From contig CAVNZM010000003.1 of the NCBI GenBank assembly GCA_963693365.1, forward strand, positions 6,269,448-6,333,447: DNA of 64,000 nucleotides, read 5' to 3'. Numbering within the stretch: position 1 is the first letter of the stretch; every line of letters begins with the position of its first letter. Positions 11,046-20,561 of the stretch are shown in pieces. The notes under the pieces are model-generated. The model had not been told where the DNA came from. It saw only the letters and a list, made by a program, of their open reading frames with translations, and ran no database searches. Origin of the DNA: Amoebidium appalachense. Taxonomy: Eukaryota; Protista; Ichthyosporea. A program made the translations under genes and the position numbers.

Positions 11046-11945
11046 ATGGCATCCAGCCCAAACAAACCCACACAGCCCCTACCCCCCTGCATGGACTTCA
11101 AGACAATCCAGATCATGCCAATCCGCACGGTGGTGGAGGTCCTGCGCGAGCTACTCGAGGATGTCACAATCACATTTGACAGCTGCAACATACAGATCCA
11201 GGCAGTCGACCAGGCAGAACGCTGCTTTGTGGAGTTTGCCGTGGACCCAATGGCGGCAGAGGAATACACATGCACGACACCAACCGCGGCATCCGTAAAC
11301 GTGCACGCCCTCCACAAGACACTCAGGAACGTCACCGGGGCAAACACAGACTTCCTGTCTCTGTCCATCCAAACACCCCAGAGCGACAAAATCGACGTGC
11401 AGATCTCGAACCTGGCCACCAACAACGTCATATCGTATGCCCTCAAGCTGTTGGACCTTTCGCCCGTGCGCTTCTCGCTGTGTGTGCAGGAGTACCCCGT
11501 GGTCTTTACGGTGAACACACAGGACTTCTCGAAGTTCCTTCGCGATGTCTGCAACGTGGCAGAGGAGGCAGAGGTAGCCATAAAGGGAAGGAAGCTGTTT
11601 TTGAGAGGCAAGGGTGCCACAGGGAGCTGTACCGTGACAATCCACGAAGACACCGACAACCCACCACCCACACCCTCCACCACACGCACCGTCATGACCC
11701 CCTCCGTCGCCCGCAAGAACCGAACAGCATACCGCAGCTGTCGTGTCTGGTTCCACAAGTACGAGGTGGACATGGAAACCGAGCTGTCGGGCTGCTTTCT
11801 CCTGAAGTACCTGATGGTGTTCTGCAAGGCATATACACTGTCACAGTACATGACAGTCTACATGGCACAGGGCCAGCCGCTGTGTGTCCAGCACCGAGTC
11901 TCAGACCTGGGGCATCTCAAGCTGTATCTGGTCATGGAGGATTAG
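11046..11945 (+). CDS. PCNA: Proliferating cell nuclear antigen (sliding clamp), divergent viral type
   Basis: FKTIQ..IRTVVEVLRELLEDV.I.FD...IQIQAVD....VEF......EEY.C, YALKLLDL, V.TQDFSKFLRD, F.LKYL..FCKA..LS..MTVYM...QPL.V.H.V.DLG.LKLYL. Confidence 0.92.
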   Translation: MASSPNKPTQPLPPCMDFKTIQIMPIRTVVEVLRELLEDVTITFDSCNIQIQAVDQAERCFVEFAVDPMAAEEYTCTTPTAASVNVHALHKTLRNVTGANTDFLSLSIQTPQSDKIDVQISNLATNNVISYALKLLDLSPVRFSLCVQEYPVVFTVNTQDFSKFLRDVCNVAEEAEVAIKGRKLFLRGKGATGSCTVTIHEDTDNPPPTPSTTRTVMTPSVARKNRTAYRSCRVWFHKYEVDMETELSGCFLLKYLMVFCKAYTLSQYMTVYMAQGQPLCVQHRVSDLGHLKLYLVMED

Positions 11946-12046
11946 ACACGGAAGTCTTGAGGGGAGGGGGGGATTTGAAGGAGGGGTAGAACTGGGCCAT
12001 CCAGGGGGTGTCCAGATTTTTTTGTATGTTATGTTATTTGTATACA

Positions 12047-12424
12047 ATGGAGCCAGAGAAAACAACGAATGCAGAATTCGAAGATGTAGATGAGACAATG
12101 TCCCAAGACCAAGACACAGCCGGAAATGATAATAAACACGAGAGTCCGGCAACCCACAAAAGCACTACAGCCACCCCACAAAACACTCCAACCCCCCTCA
12201 AGCGCCCGCCCCCACAAAAACCCCAGCAGCCACGCAGACGCAAGACAGAATCAAGGAAGTCCGACCCTGCAAGCCCCGTCGCTGCTCCACAGTCCCTCGA
12301 CAATGCCGTGCTGGAGCTTCAGGAGGCCATGTTCATGCCATGTGCTACTTGCCAGATGTACAAGTACTGTCTGATATTCGTGCTGGTGGCCATGGCTATA
12401 TACTACTGGATGGGTTGCAAATGA
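12047..12424 (+). CDS. Small tail-anchored membrane protein
   Basis: Low-complexity N-terminus, CxxC, C-terminal YCLIFVLVAMAIYYW; followed by AATAAA. Confidence 0.55.
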   Translation: MEPEKTTNAEFEDVDETMSQDQDTAGNDNKHESPATHKSTTATPQNTPTPLKRPPPQKPQQPRRRKTESRKSDPASPVAAPQSLDNAVLELQEAMFMPCATCQMYKYCLIFVLVAMAIYYWMGCK

Positions 12425-12690
12425 AATAAACAGCTCTAAAACACAAAAAAACTCTGCTTATTAAAACCGTACAAATGTTACACCAGGATGCTGTGTAGTT
12501 GACTTTGTTTTAGATCCTCCTAGAACCATGTTTATTAGAATTTGTGATCTGGTCAATGGTATGCCGAACCACATATATAAATAAACTACTACAAGTATGC
12601 ACAAACCTCCGGTGCAAAGTATGCTGTTTTGCAGCTTTTGGTGGTTGGCCGAAAAATAATCTGGACAATGTGTATGGCAACCGCTCCAGT

Positions 12691-13438
12691 ATGCATGGGC
12701 GGGATGACCCAAAATATGTCCCGGCTGCCGTTGTCAAACAGCGTCTTGGAGTCACCACCACCACTCTCAGACGATGGGCAGACAGCGGCAGAATTGGCTC
12801 CATACGCACACCATCCAACACTCGCCTGTACCTCTGGAACGACGTCTCAAAACTATCAGGGGTTGAAGAGGCCGCACCCAGGCGACGAGCCAATATTGCA
12901 TATGCCCGAGTCTCCTCTGCCAAACAGAAAGGAGACCTCCAGCGACAGATTGACTTTATCCGTGCACGGTATCCCAGTCACGAGGTCGTCTCGGATGTCG
13001 GGAGTGGTGTCAACTTTAAGAGGCGAGGCCTGCTCTCCATTTTGGAACGAGCGAGCGAAGGAACTGTCGCAGAAGTTGTTGTTACCTACAAAGACCGACT
13101 CTGTCGACTTGCCGGCGACCTTCTCTGGTGGATCCTTGAGCGCTACGGGGTCAAAGTCATGGTTCTCTGTGGAGGTGACGGTCCCGACCACGAGGAGCTT
13201 GCCGATTCTCTGTGGAGGTGACGGTCCCGACCACGAGGAGCTTGCCGAAGACCTCATTGCTGTCACCACCCACTTTATCTGTAAGCATCACGGACGTCGC
13301 AAGTACGGAAAGCCAAAAACTGGCCCAAAGAGAGGCGGCAAACAGCGCAAAACGGTTGAAACTAGCAGCCAGCAAGCGAGTGACGAAGCAGATGAAGGCG
13401 ACAATGGACAGCCAACCTGTCACGCTGGAAGACTATAG
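12691..13438 (+). pseudogene. tnpA: IS607 TnpA serine recombinase (MerR-like HTH + resolvase), frameshifted by a 43-bp duplication
   Basis: LGVTTTTLRRWADSGRI, YARVSSAKQKGDLQRQ, DVGSGVNFKRRGL, YKDRLCR. The C-terminal ELAEDLIAVTTHF..HGRR lies in another frame after the duplication at 13163-13248. Confidence 0.9.
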
Positions 13439-14690
13439 GGCAATGGGTGTGGATGTTGACTCTATTTCAAAGAAATCGGTTGAACTAACACGCAACAGAA
13501 CAATCAGGCTTCATCCAACAAGAGAACAGATGGTTTGGCTACGCAAGACTTTTGGCGTCGTTCGCAAAATATTCAATCAGTGTGTTGGGCTGTTTGTCGA
13601 AAACGGAGAGACAAACAGGTATGTGTTTCGTGAACGGTTTGTCAACAACACAACCATTCCACCGACTGAGGAGTATAAGAAGGAGGTTCCCAGTCTCCTG
13701 CGTCAAGATGCCGTGGAACAATTCTTGGGGGCATTGGCATCACAAAGAGCCAAAAAACGATATGCAGCCAAGGGAGTACACAAACACCCGTTGAAAGTGC
13801 GATTTCGATCCAAGAAACACGGCGACCAGTCCTTTCTAGTGCCAAGGGCTCTTTTAAAAATCGCGGACGGAGCTGTTGTTTTTGCTCCTCGAATGTGCCC
13901 AGAAAAAGGCCGTTTTGTGATAGCCGAGCCACTGACCATGGCTGAAGTGGCCGGTGATTGTAGGATGGTGTTGACACAGGATGGACGAGTGTACTTGCGC
14001 GTCACCACCAGCAAGCCAAGAGGCGAAACCCAAGCCCCTGTGGCTGGTGGTGATGTCGCCGATGTAACACTTCCACCCCAGATCTGCTCTCTGGATCCGG
14101 GTGTGCGCACCTTCCAGACTGTATACGACCCGGCAACTGGCAACACCGTCCATGTTTGCAAGGGTGATATAGGCCGTATATGTCGCCTGCTAAAGCACAT
14201 GGACAAGTTACAGTCAAAGATCGCGAGTAATAACGCGAGCCACAGACAGCGACGGGGGATGGGTCGTGCACTGGTGCGAATGCGTCGGCGTGTGCAGAAC
14301 CTTCAAAGGGAGGCTCACTACAAGACAGCCTGCTTGTTGACATCTGCATATGATGTCATTATACTCCCGTGGGTGGACACCAGTCGCATGGTGGTGAAGT
14401 CCACACGGAAACTGGCAAGCAAGGCTGTGAGGGCCATGGCTGGTTGGGCACACGGCAAATTCCGCGAACGTCTTGTCTACAAGGCAGAAGAGAAGGGGAA
14501 GACAGTGGTGTTTGTCGGCGAGCAATACACAAGCAAGACCTGTGGACGCTGTGGTACCGTCAAGAGCAACCTAGGAGGAAGCAAAGTGTACAACTGCTCT
14601 GTATGCATGGCAGTTTTTGATAGGGACATCAACGGGGCAAGAAATATCCTTCTCCGTTCTTGTTCTCAGCGGCTGGGAGTCCACTCCTAG
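13212..14690 (+). CDS. tnpB: Fanzor2/TnpB RNA-guided endonuclease
   Basis: IRLHPT..Q..WL...FG..R..FN, RuvC-I SLDPGVRTF, rearranged Glu VGEQYTSKTC, Zn ribbon CGRC..CSVC, RuvC-III DRDINGARNI. The first in-frame ATG is at 13392. Confidence 0.93.
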   Translation: MEVTVPTTRSLPKTSLLSPPTLSVSITDVASTESQKLAQREAANSAKRLKLAASKRVTKQMKATMDSQPVTLEDYRAMGVDVDSISKKSVELTRNRTIRLHPTREQMVWLRKTFGVVRKIFNQCVGLFVENGETNRYVFRERFVNNTTIPPTEEYKKEVPSLLRQDAVEQFLGALASQRAKKRYAAKGVHKHPLKVRFRSKKHGDQSFLVPRALLKIADGAVVFAPRMCPEKGRFVIAEPLTMAEVAGDCRMVLTQDGRVYLRVTTSKPRGETQAPVAGGDVADVTLPPQICSLDPGVRTFQTVYDPATGNTVHVCKGDIGRICRLLKHMDKLQSKIASNNASHRQRRGMGRALVRMRRRVQNLQREAHYKTACLLTSAYDVIILPWVDTSRMVVKSTRKLASKAVRAMAGWAHGKFRERLVYKAEEKGKTVVFVGEQYTSKTCGRCGTVKSNLGGSKVYNCSVCMAVFDRDINGARNILLRSCSQRLGVHS

Positions 14691-14846
14691 CCTTTGCCTG
14701 TACCGGCCTGTGTCCCACCAGTGGTGGGACATTGCTGGCGGATATTTGTACATAACTCTAAGCACTCTATAGCCACATATAGTGTTGTTTATTGTTGTGT
14801 ACAGATGTCATGCTAAACGGTATCAGACTCTGACTGGGTGTACACG
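14655..14846 (+). ncRNA. Putative Fanzor omegaRNA (scaffold to 14826 plus ~20-nt guide)
   Basis: Overlaps the tnpB 3' end. Hairpins GGCTGGGAG/CTCCTAGCC, TGTCCCACC/GGTGGGACA, CTATA/TATAG; conserved in a second copy. Confidence 0.7.
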
Positions 14847-14901
14847 TGCATGGGCCGTGCCTCCATTTACCCCCCCCCCACAAAAAAAAAACTAAAAAAA
14901 A

Positions 14902-17199
14902 CTAGAACACTTTAACCAGCACCAGCCCCGTTTGTGTGCCTACAGGCTTGTATGTCTCCATTGCTCTTGCCACCACGTGTGCGTCTGCACGTGCTATGCC
15001 TGCATGGGTCAGCGTCTGCAGGGTGCCGTGTGGCGAAGTGACAAGCTCGTCTCCATGGCTACATGCCCCCGATACCAAAGCATGCAGCAGGCCGGTTGAA
15101 GGCACGGGCGAGTGTGACGTGCCTTGGATGCCTACAAATTTTGAACTGTTGGCCGTGTCACACACGGTGGCCAACATGGACCCGTCTTCGAGCTCCATCG
15201 CAGCGCCAACAGCAGGGACACCCTTGGCACTCCTCTCGGCAAGTGCAGCATCGACCAACCGCATGCCATGCCCGCCAATCTCTTCTCCAAACAGCCTGTC
15301 TAATTCCGCAATGGCATCTGTCACCAGCGGGGCAACATTGTCCACTGCCTTGTCTGCATTTCTCTCGCCATCCGCCACCAGCGCCCGTGTTCTGATCTCA
15401 ATCTCCGTCCGCGACCGGCCCCCCACTTTGTTGGCCATCCAAGCAAAGATGGACTTGCCATACTCGACGATCCACTGTGCCGCTGCAGGCAATACCACCT
15501 CCTTCAGAGCCGCAAGGGCTTGCTGCGCAGCCTCTTTCCCCGCCGCAACGGCTGTCTCAATAAGAAGCGCCTTGAAAGACACAGGCTCCCCGTTTATCAG
15601 CTTGGTGAAGAACGTCCTCACCGTCACTTGGAGTACAGACAACAGTCCGGTCTTGGCGCGCGATTCGATATCCGCCGTCAGCGAGCGGGCCATGGCCGGC
15701 GTCACTCCACATTCGAGTGCCTGGAAGACCGGGACCTTCCCAAACACAGTACCAGGCACCTCAACTCCATCTGTCATGGCCAGCAGCGCGTTCGCCCCTG
15801 CAAGGACCCCCCCCAAAACCCCGGCAGCCACGAGCAGCTGTGGGTTGCCTGTCATTGGGAGACACGAAACCATGTTTGTGAGAAACTCTACCCACCTCTC
15901 GAGGTCACTTGGCTTCCGTTGATAGTTGCCGTCCACATACCCGGCAGTGACAAACTCCCCGGTAGACAAGACACCGAGTTCGCGTTTGGCCTTGATTGTG
16001 TCCTGGGCGATCCACCCACAGAACGGGGTGCCATTCGCGTCCGGGGCCATGGTAAGCATGACTTTTTCCCCTTGGCCAAACCGCACGGACAAGCTCTGGT
16101 TGAACACGGCCAAGTCGGCCATGAGGTCCGCTGCCTTTGTTGGCCCATCAAGGAATATGCGGCTGCCACCCACGGTCACATCACCAGTGGCAGCCACCTT
16201 GATGTTGTTGCCTGCCAGACCCAACGTCTGCTCACCAACCACCCGAGTGCTGTCGCCTGCCAACATGGCGTTGCCGTTGGCGATAATGTTCAAATCGCTC
16301 CCTGTATGAAGTGAAAGGTCGTCCTTGCAGGCCACCGCCAAATCCTCCCCTGCCTTGACGGACACCGTGCGGCCTGCCTCGGCCAAAATGTGCTTGTCGG
16401 CCTTTATGGTGGCTTCGCTTTGGGCACTGACACTGACAGACCCGATGGCCGTAACACCGATGTCCTGCTCAGCATATAGCCACACATTCTGGCCCGCCCT
16501 TCCTCCAATATCACGTGCTGCCTGTACAGTGTAGTCGTTGCCTGCAGATTCGAACACGTCCCTGACACCAGCCACATTTACATCTCTCCCGGCCGTGATT
16601 GTCAGGTCCTCCCCTGTCCGCAGTTCTATACTCTTGGCCTTTTCAGAAATGACACCAGCAGACCGGACATCCACCCTGTGGGTGCCTGATACCGTGGCTG
16701 TATCGGTGGCTGCAAGGGCGGTGTTGGTTCCACGCAAACTGGCACCGTCGCCCTCGGGATGGGAAAACTCCAGCCTGCCACATGCACCCGGCCTTCCCCG
16801 CCAGGTGCCGTCGGCGTCAAGCACGAAAGATGGCTGACCAAGGCCGTCATACAGCGTGAGTATCCTCGCAGCCAACAGGTGTGCCGATTGCACATCGGGG
16901 TCGTGTTCGCTGTCTCGGCCAGTCGACGACAAACTTGAATCAAAGTCCACTTTCCAACACACACCGTCCTGTCCCCGGCCAACTACCCGCATGGTATATC
17001 TGGTGGTGTACAGCACCGTACCGGCCACCACCGCATCCAACAAATGCCTGTCTTCGACGTGGGGGGTAACGGTGTGCGCAACAAGATCGACAGATGCCGG
17101 GGATTTGGTTATCTGCCACAGTCCCAGGGGACCAACGGGCTTTGTCCATGCCGGCCCAGCAATACCGTCAATGTTGGCCACACTGTCAGGCATGTCCAT
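14902..17199 (-). CDS. Spike/fibre-like protein with gp5/VgrG-type 8-residue beta-helix repeats
   Basis: Repeats such as GEDLTITA-GRDVNVAG..GNDYTVQA-ARDIGGRA-GQNVWLYA-EQDIGVTA. The C-terminal GDELVTS..G...VVARAME...GLVLV is reminiscent of fibre chaperone/autoproteolytic tails. Confidence 0.6.
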   Translation of the reverse strand: MDMPDSVANIDGIAGPAWTKPVGPLGLWQITKSPASVDLVAHTVTPHVEDRHLLDAVVAGTVLYTTRYTMRVVGRGQDGVCWKVDFDSSLSSTGRDSEHDPDVQSAHLLAARILTLYDGLGQPSFVLDADGTWRGRPGACGRLEFSHPEGDGASLRGTNTALAATDTATVSGTHRVDVRSAGVISEKAKSIELRTGEDLTITAGRDVNVAGVRDVFESAGNDYTVQAARDIGGRAGQNVWLYAEQDIGVTAIGSVSVSAQSEATIKADKHILAEAGRTVSVKAGEDLAVACKDDLSLHTGSDLNIIANGNAMLAGDSTRVVGEQTLGLAGNNIKVAATGDVTVGGSRIFLDGPTKAADLMADLAVFNQSLSVRFGQGEKVMLTMAPDANGTPFCGWIAQDTIKAKRELGVLSTGEFVTAGYVDGNYQRKPSDLERWVEFLTNMVSCLPMTGNPQLLVAAGVLGGVLAGANALLAMTDGVEVPGTVFGKVPVFQALECGVTPAMARSLTADIESRAKTGLLSVLQVTVRTFFTKLINGEPVSFKALLIETAVAAGKEAAQQALAALKEVVLPAAAQWIVEYGKSIFAWMANKVGGRSRTEIEIRTRALVADGERNADKAVDNVAPLVTDAIAELDRLFGEEIGGHGMRLVDAALAERSAKGVPAVGAAMELEDGSMLATVCDTANSSKFVGIQGTSHSPVPSTGLLHALVSGACSHGDELVTSPHGTLQTLTHAGIARADAHVVARAMETYKPVGTQTGLVLVKVF

Positions 17200-17274
17200 G
17201 GCTATTGTTACCTTTTTCTGAATAAAAAACCCGCGGACTTGCGCACATACAAAATTAAGGCATTTTGCAAGCTC

Positions 17275-17276
<2 letters not shown>

Positions 17277-17314
<38 letters not shown>

Positions 17315-17710
17315 TGTGCATATGTGAGCGTGTGTGCATGTGTCTTAGGGGAGGGGGAGGGGGGATATAGAAGTGGGGGGAGGATAGAGAAAAAAGGGGG
17401 GGATAGAGAAGAGGGGGGGGATAGAGGAAGGGGGGGGGGGGGGGGAGGATAGAGAAAAAAAGGGGGGGGGGGGGATAGAGAAGGGGGGGGGGGTAAGAGA
17501 AGGGGTGATAGAGAAGGGGGGGGGGGGGAGTAGATAGAAAAAAGGGGGGGGATAGAGAGGGGGGGGGGGGGATAGAGAAGGGGGGGGGGGGGTAAGAGAA
17601 GGGGTGATAGAGAATGGGGGGAGTAGATAGAAAAAGGGGAGAGGGGGGGGATAGAGAGGGGGGGGGGGGAGATAGAGATTCTAAGGGGGGGGGGGGGAGG
17701 GGGGGGGGGG
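17277..17710. repeat. (TG)n plus G-run/GATAGAGAAG minisatellite
   Basis: Seen directly. Confidence 0.9.
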
Positions 17711-18100
17711 TCTTGTCTACAAGACAGAAGAGAAGGTGAGATTGAATTTTGGCTGTAGATCTAGACATGGGTGCACGGATTGGAATGGACACAGGTTATA
17801 TCGTGGTGTCCTTGCAGCCAAGTGTAAGGACTTTCACAGCCAGCCAAAACTGTAAATAAGCGGTTCTTGTTCAAAGAGGCTGGGAGCCAACCCCTAGCCT
17901 TTGCCTGTACCGGCCCGTGTCACACCAGTGACAGGACATTGCTGGCAGATATTTGTACTAGCTCTTGGCACTCTATACCCATCTATAGGGTTGCCTAATG
18001 GTTGTGTACGGATGTAATGCTAAACGGTATCACAGGGTTGCCTAATGGTCGTGTACGGGTATCATGCTAAATGGTATCAGATACATCGGCTTATACACCC
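17711..18100 (+). ncRNA. Orphan Fanzor omegaRNA / degenerate IS607 right end
   Basis: 17861-18033 aligns to 14655-14826. Its last 47 bp are tandemly duplicated (17987-18033, 18034-18080). 17711-17737 matches tnpB 14471-14497. Confidence 0.75.
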
Positions 18101-18224
18101 ATGCTATTTCAAGTTCACACACCATATACTATCTCAAGATCGACATCCATGTCGTATGTTAAGATTTAGTGCACACACTTACACCTGTGCCAATTCAAAA
18201 AAAAAAACGAGCATTTGCCGTGTA

Positions 18225-19052
18225 TTACATAGGCTGTGTCTGAGGAGACGTAGAAGCATCGGTATTGTTAGTGGTGTCGGGGAGGGGGCTGATGTCAAAC
18301 AGATCAAGATTAAAATTGAACTGGCCATGTTGTGTGTGTTGTGGGGACGGGGCCGAGGCCTCCAGGGCAGCCACCCTCAGCGACAGGCTACTGATGAGAG
18401 AGGATGCCTCGCTGCACGATGCCTGGAGAGCGTCGATTTTGGCAAGCAGACCCCCAAACGTATCACTGGCTGCCGCGGATGAAAGGTACGGTGTGTTCAT
18501 GAGCTCGGCGGGGGTGACATATGCAATTCTGCAGATGGCCATTGCACGGTTGACGATCTTCTGTGTTCTGGTGGTTGCCAACCCACACTTGTTGAGTGCC
18601 GTGGTGTACTCGGTGAAGGCCTCGTCGGAGATATACTTTGTCAGTAGCAGGGCCACGAGGGAGTGGACGAGGGTGACACCCGGGCAGGTTGTTCGGTCCA
18701 CAAGGCACTCAAGAGGGATGGTTTTTTTGGCGCTGCGCACGCCATAGTTCAAAACCATGTAGATCATGCCAATAGCAACGTCGGACACAGCCAGCCAGTC
18801 AGCCACCGATTTCCCCTCGCACGAGACGCCTTGCAAGCGGGTGGACAACACGCAGTTGGAAAAGAGCTGTTCTGCGTCGACATATGCCTCGTTGCCGTGA
18901 AGAGCAGTGACCACCGTGAGCGGTACACCGGCGGGGCCCGGGACTTGTGTCCAGTTTGGATAGGCGGGAATGGCAAGTGCGAGGCGAGCCTTCTTGGTGG
19001 TTGTCGGTTGCACGGCACCGGGAACGGGGAGCAGGGCGGCGCGCTTGGACAT
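18225..19052 (-). CDS. KilA-N (APSES-like) domain protein
   Basis: YVDAEQLF...GKSVADWL...GVTLVHSLVALLLTKYISDEAF fits the KilA-N consensus YINATKL..GK.F.DWL..GTYVHP.LA..IA.WIS..F; C-terminal coiled coil. Confidence 0.65.
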   Translation of the reverse strand: MSKRAALLPVPGAVQPTTTKKARLALAIPAYPNWTQVPGPAGVPLTVVTALHGNEAYVDAEQLFSNCVLSTRLQGVSCEGKSVADWLAVSDVAIGMIYMVLNYGVRSAKKTIPLECLVDRTTCPGVTLVHSLVALLLTKYISDEAFTEYTTALNKCGLATTRTQKIVNRAMAICRIAYVTPAELMNTPYLSSAAASDTFGGLLAKIDALQASCSEASSLISSLSLRVAALEASAPSPQHTQHGQFNFNLDLFDISPLPDTTNNTDASTSPQTQPM

Positions 19053-19789
19053 GGTGGTGTCTTGCTTTGTTTGCGGAGTTTAGAGAAGGAAAGGGGCAGC
19101 GAATGGTGGGCAACTGCTGCTTGCAGGGCGCTAAATACCCCCAACCTTTGCGCAAACAAACCGCAGACCAATCGTTTATAACGCACATACTTGCACCCAA
19201 AACCGCAGACCAGCCGCAGAGCCAATCAAAGTGGCCGTAAGATCACGATCCAGCCCAGGATGCCGTGCAAGTTTCGTGCAGGCCAAGCGCAATCCAATCG
19301 AATGCTCTGGTTTGGGTCATCCAACGCCTTACAACATGCAGACTAATCAGACGCACGCACACACGTCATCTGGAATGCAAATAAACTAAGGGAGCACTGG
19401 CAGATATTGCTTTGTCCCCCCCCCACCCACATACTAGTAGCCACACGTTTGAACGTACAGCGAGAAAGGGATTTATGGAGCAGGAGTGAGTGGGAAGGAG
19501 TGTACAAGCAACTCAGTAATACACGGTGGTAATATTAGTTTTAAAATTTACCTATGCAAAATTTAAAAGAAGCGAATTAGCCAATCAGTAATAGGGACTT
19601 CTGGGTCCCTATTGTTGATTGGATAATAAACGTACTACTTTTTAAAAACGTTAAAGGTCACGACAAATTCCCTATTGGATGGTGGGCGCAAGTGTTTTTA
19701 AATATATAACAGACAACCGACCAATGAGAAACCGGTCAGCCACGACTGACCAGTTTTTGATTGGGTAACGCACCTTTAAAATATATAAT

Positions 19790-19849
19790 GGGGGATAGGG
19801 AGGGGGGGGGGATAGGGGAAGGGGGTCAAAATAAAAAAGAAAGAAAAAT

Positions 19850-19910
<61 letters not shown>

Positions 19911-20188
19911 CAAAATTAAAACGGCAAATTTGTGGTGATTGTGGGGAGTTGAAAGTTTAGGGGGGGGGGGGGGGGAGGGGGGAGGGGGGGGGAGCGGCAC
20001 ATCTATTAAATTTAAAAGGGCCCGGGGAGGGGGGGGGGGGGGCACATCTATTAGTTTTAAAAGGGTCTGGGGAGGGGGGGGGGATGGGGGGGGGGGGGGA
20101 GGGGGAGGGGCACATCTATTAATTTTAAAAGGGCCCCGGGAGGGGGGGGGATAGGGGAAGGGGGTCAAAATAAAAAAGAAAGAAAAAT

Positions 20189-20244
<56 letters not shown>

Positions 20245-20519
20245 CAAAATTAAAACGGCAAATTTGTGGTGATTGTTGGGAGTTGAAAGTTTAGGGAGGG
20301 GGGAGGGGGGGGGGGAGCGGCACATCTATTAAATTTAAAAGGGCCCAGGGAGAGGGGGGGGGGGGGGGCACATCTATTAGTTTTAAAAGGGTCTGGGGAG
20401 GGGGGGGGGGATGGGGGGGGGGGGGAGGGGGAGGGGCACATCTATTAATTTTAAAAGGGCCCGGGGAGGGGGGGGGGATAGGGGAAGGGGGTCAAAATAA
20501 AAAAGAAAGAAAAATGCAC

Positions 20520-20561
<42 letters not shown>

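Larger units (their letters stand above)
12500..14826 (+). mobile_element. IS607-family element (serine recombinase TnpA + Fanzor2/TnpB)
   Basis: Two hallmark ORFs. The right end is defined by where identity to the second copy stops (..GCTAAACGGTATCAG). The left end is not resolved (12425-12690). Confidence 0.88.
560..17220. mobile_element. Giant endogenous viral element (Nucleocytoviricota-like), block 1
   Basis: Dense, intronless, short-spaced ORFs including a histone doublet, PCNA, YqaJ nuclease, NCLDV-type hypothetical proteins and IS607/Fanzor2, set in eukaryotic microsatellite-rich DNA. Boundaries are approximate and the block may extend left of the window. Confidence 0.85.

Noticed and set aside
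12629-13438. Independent 269-aa gene
   Set aside because: It is a chimera of the Fanzor N-terminal overlap frame and the TnpA C-terminus, created by the 43-bp duplication.
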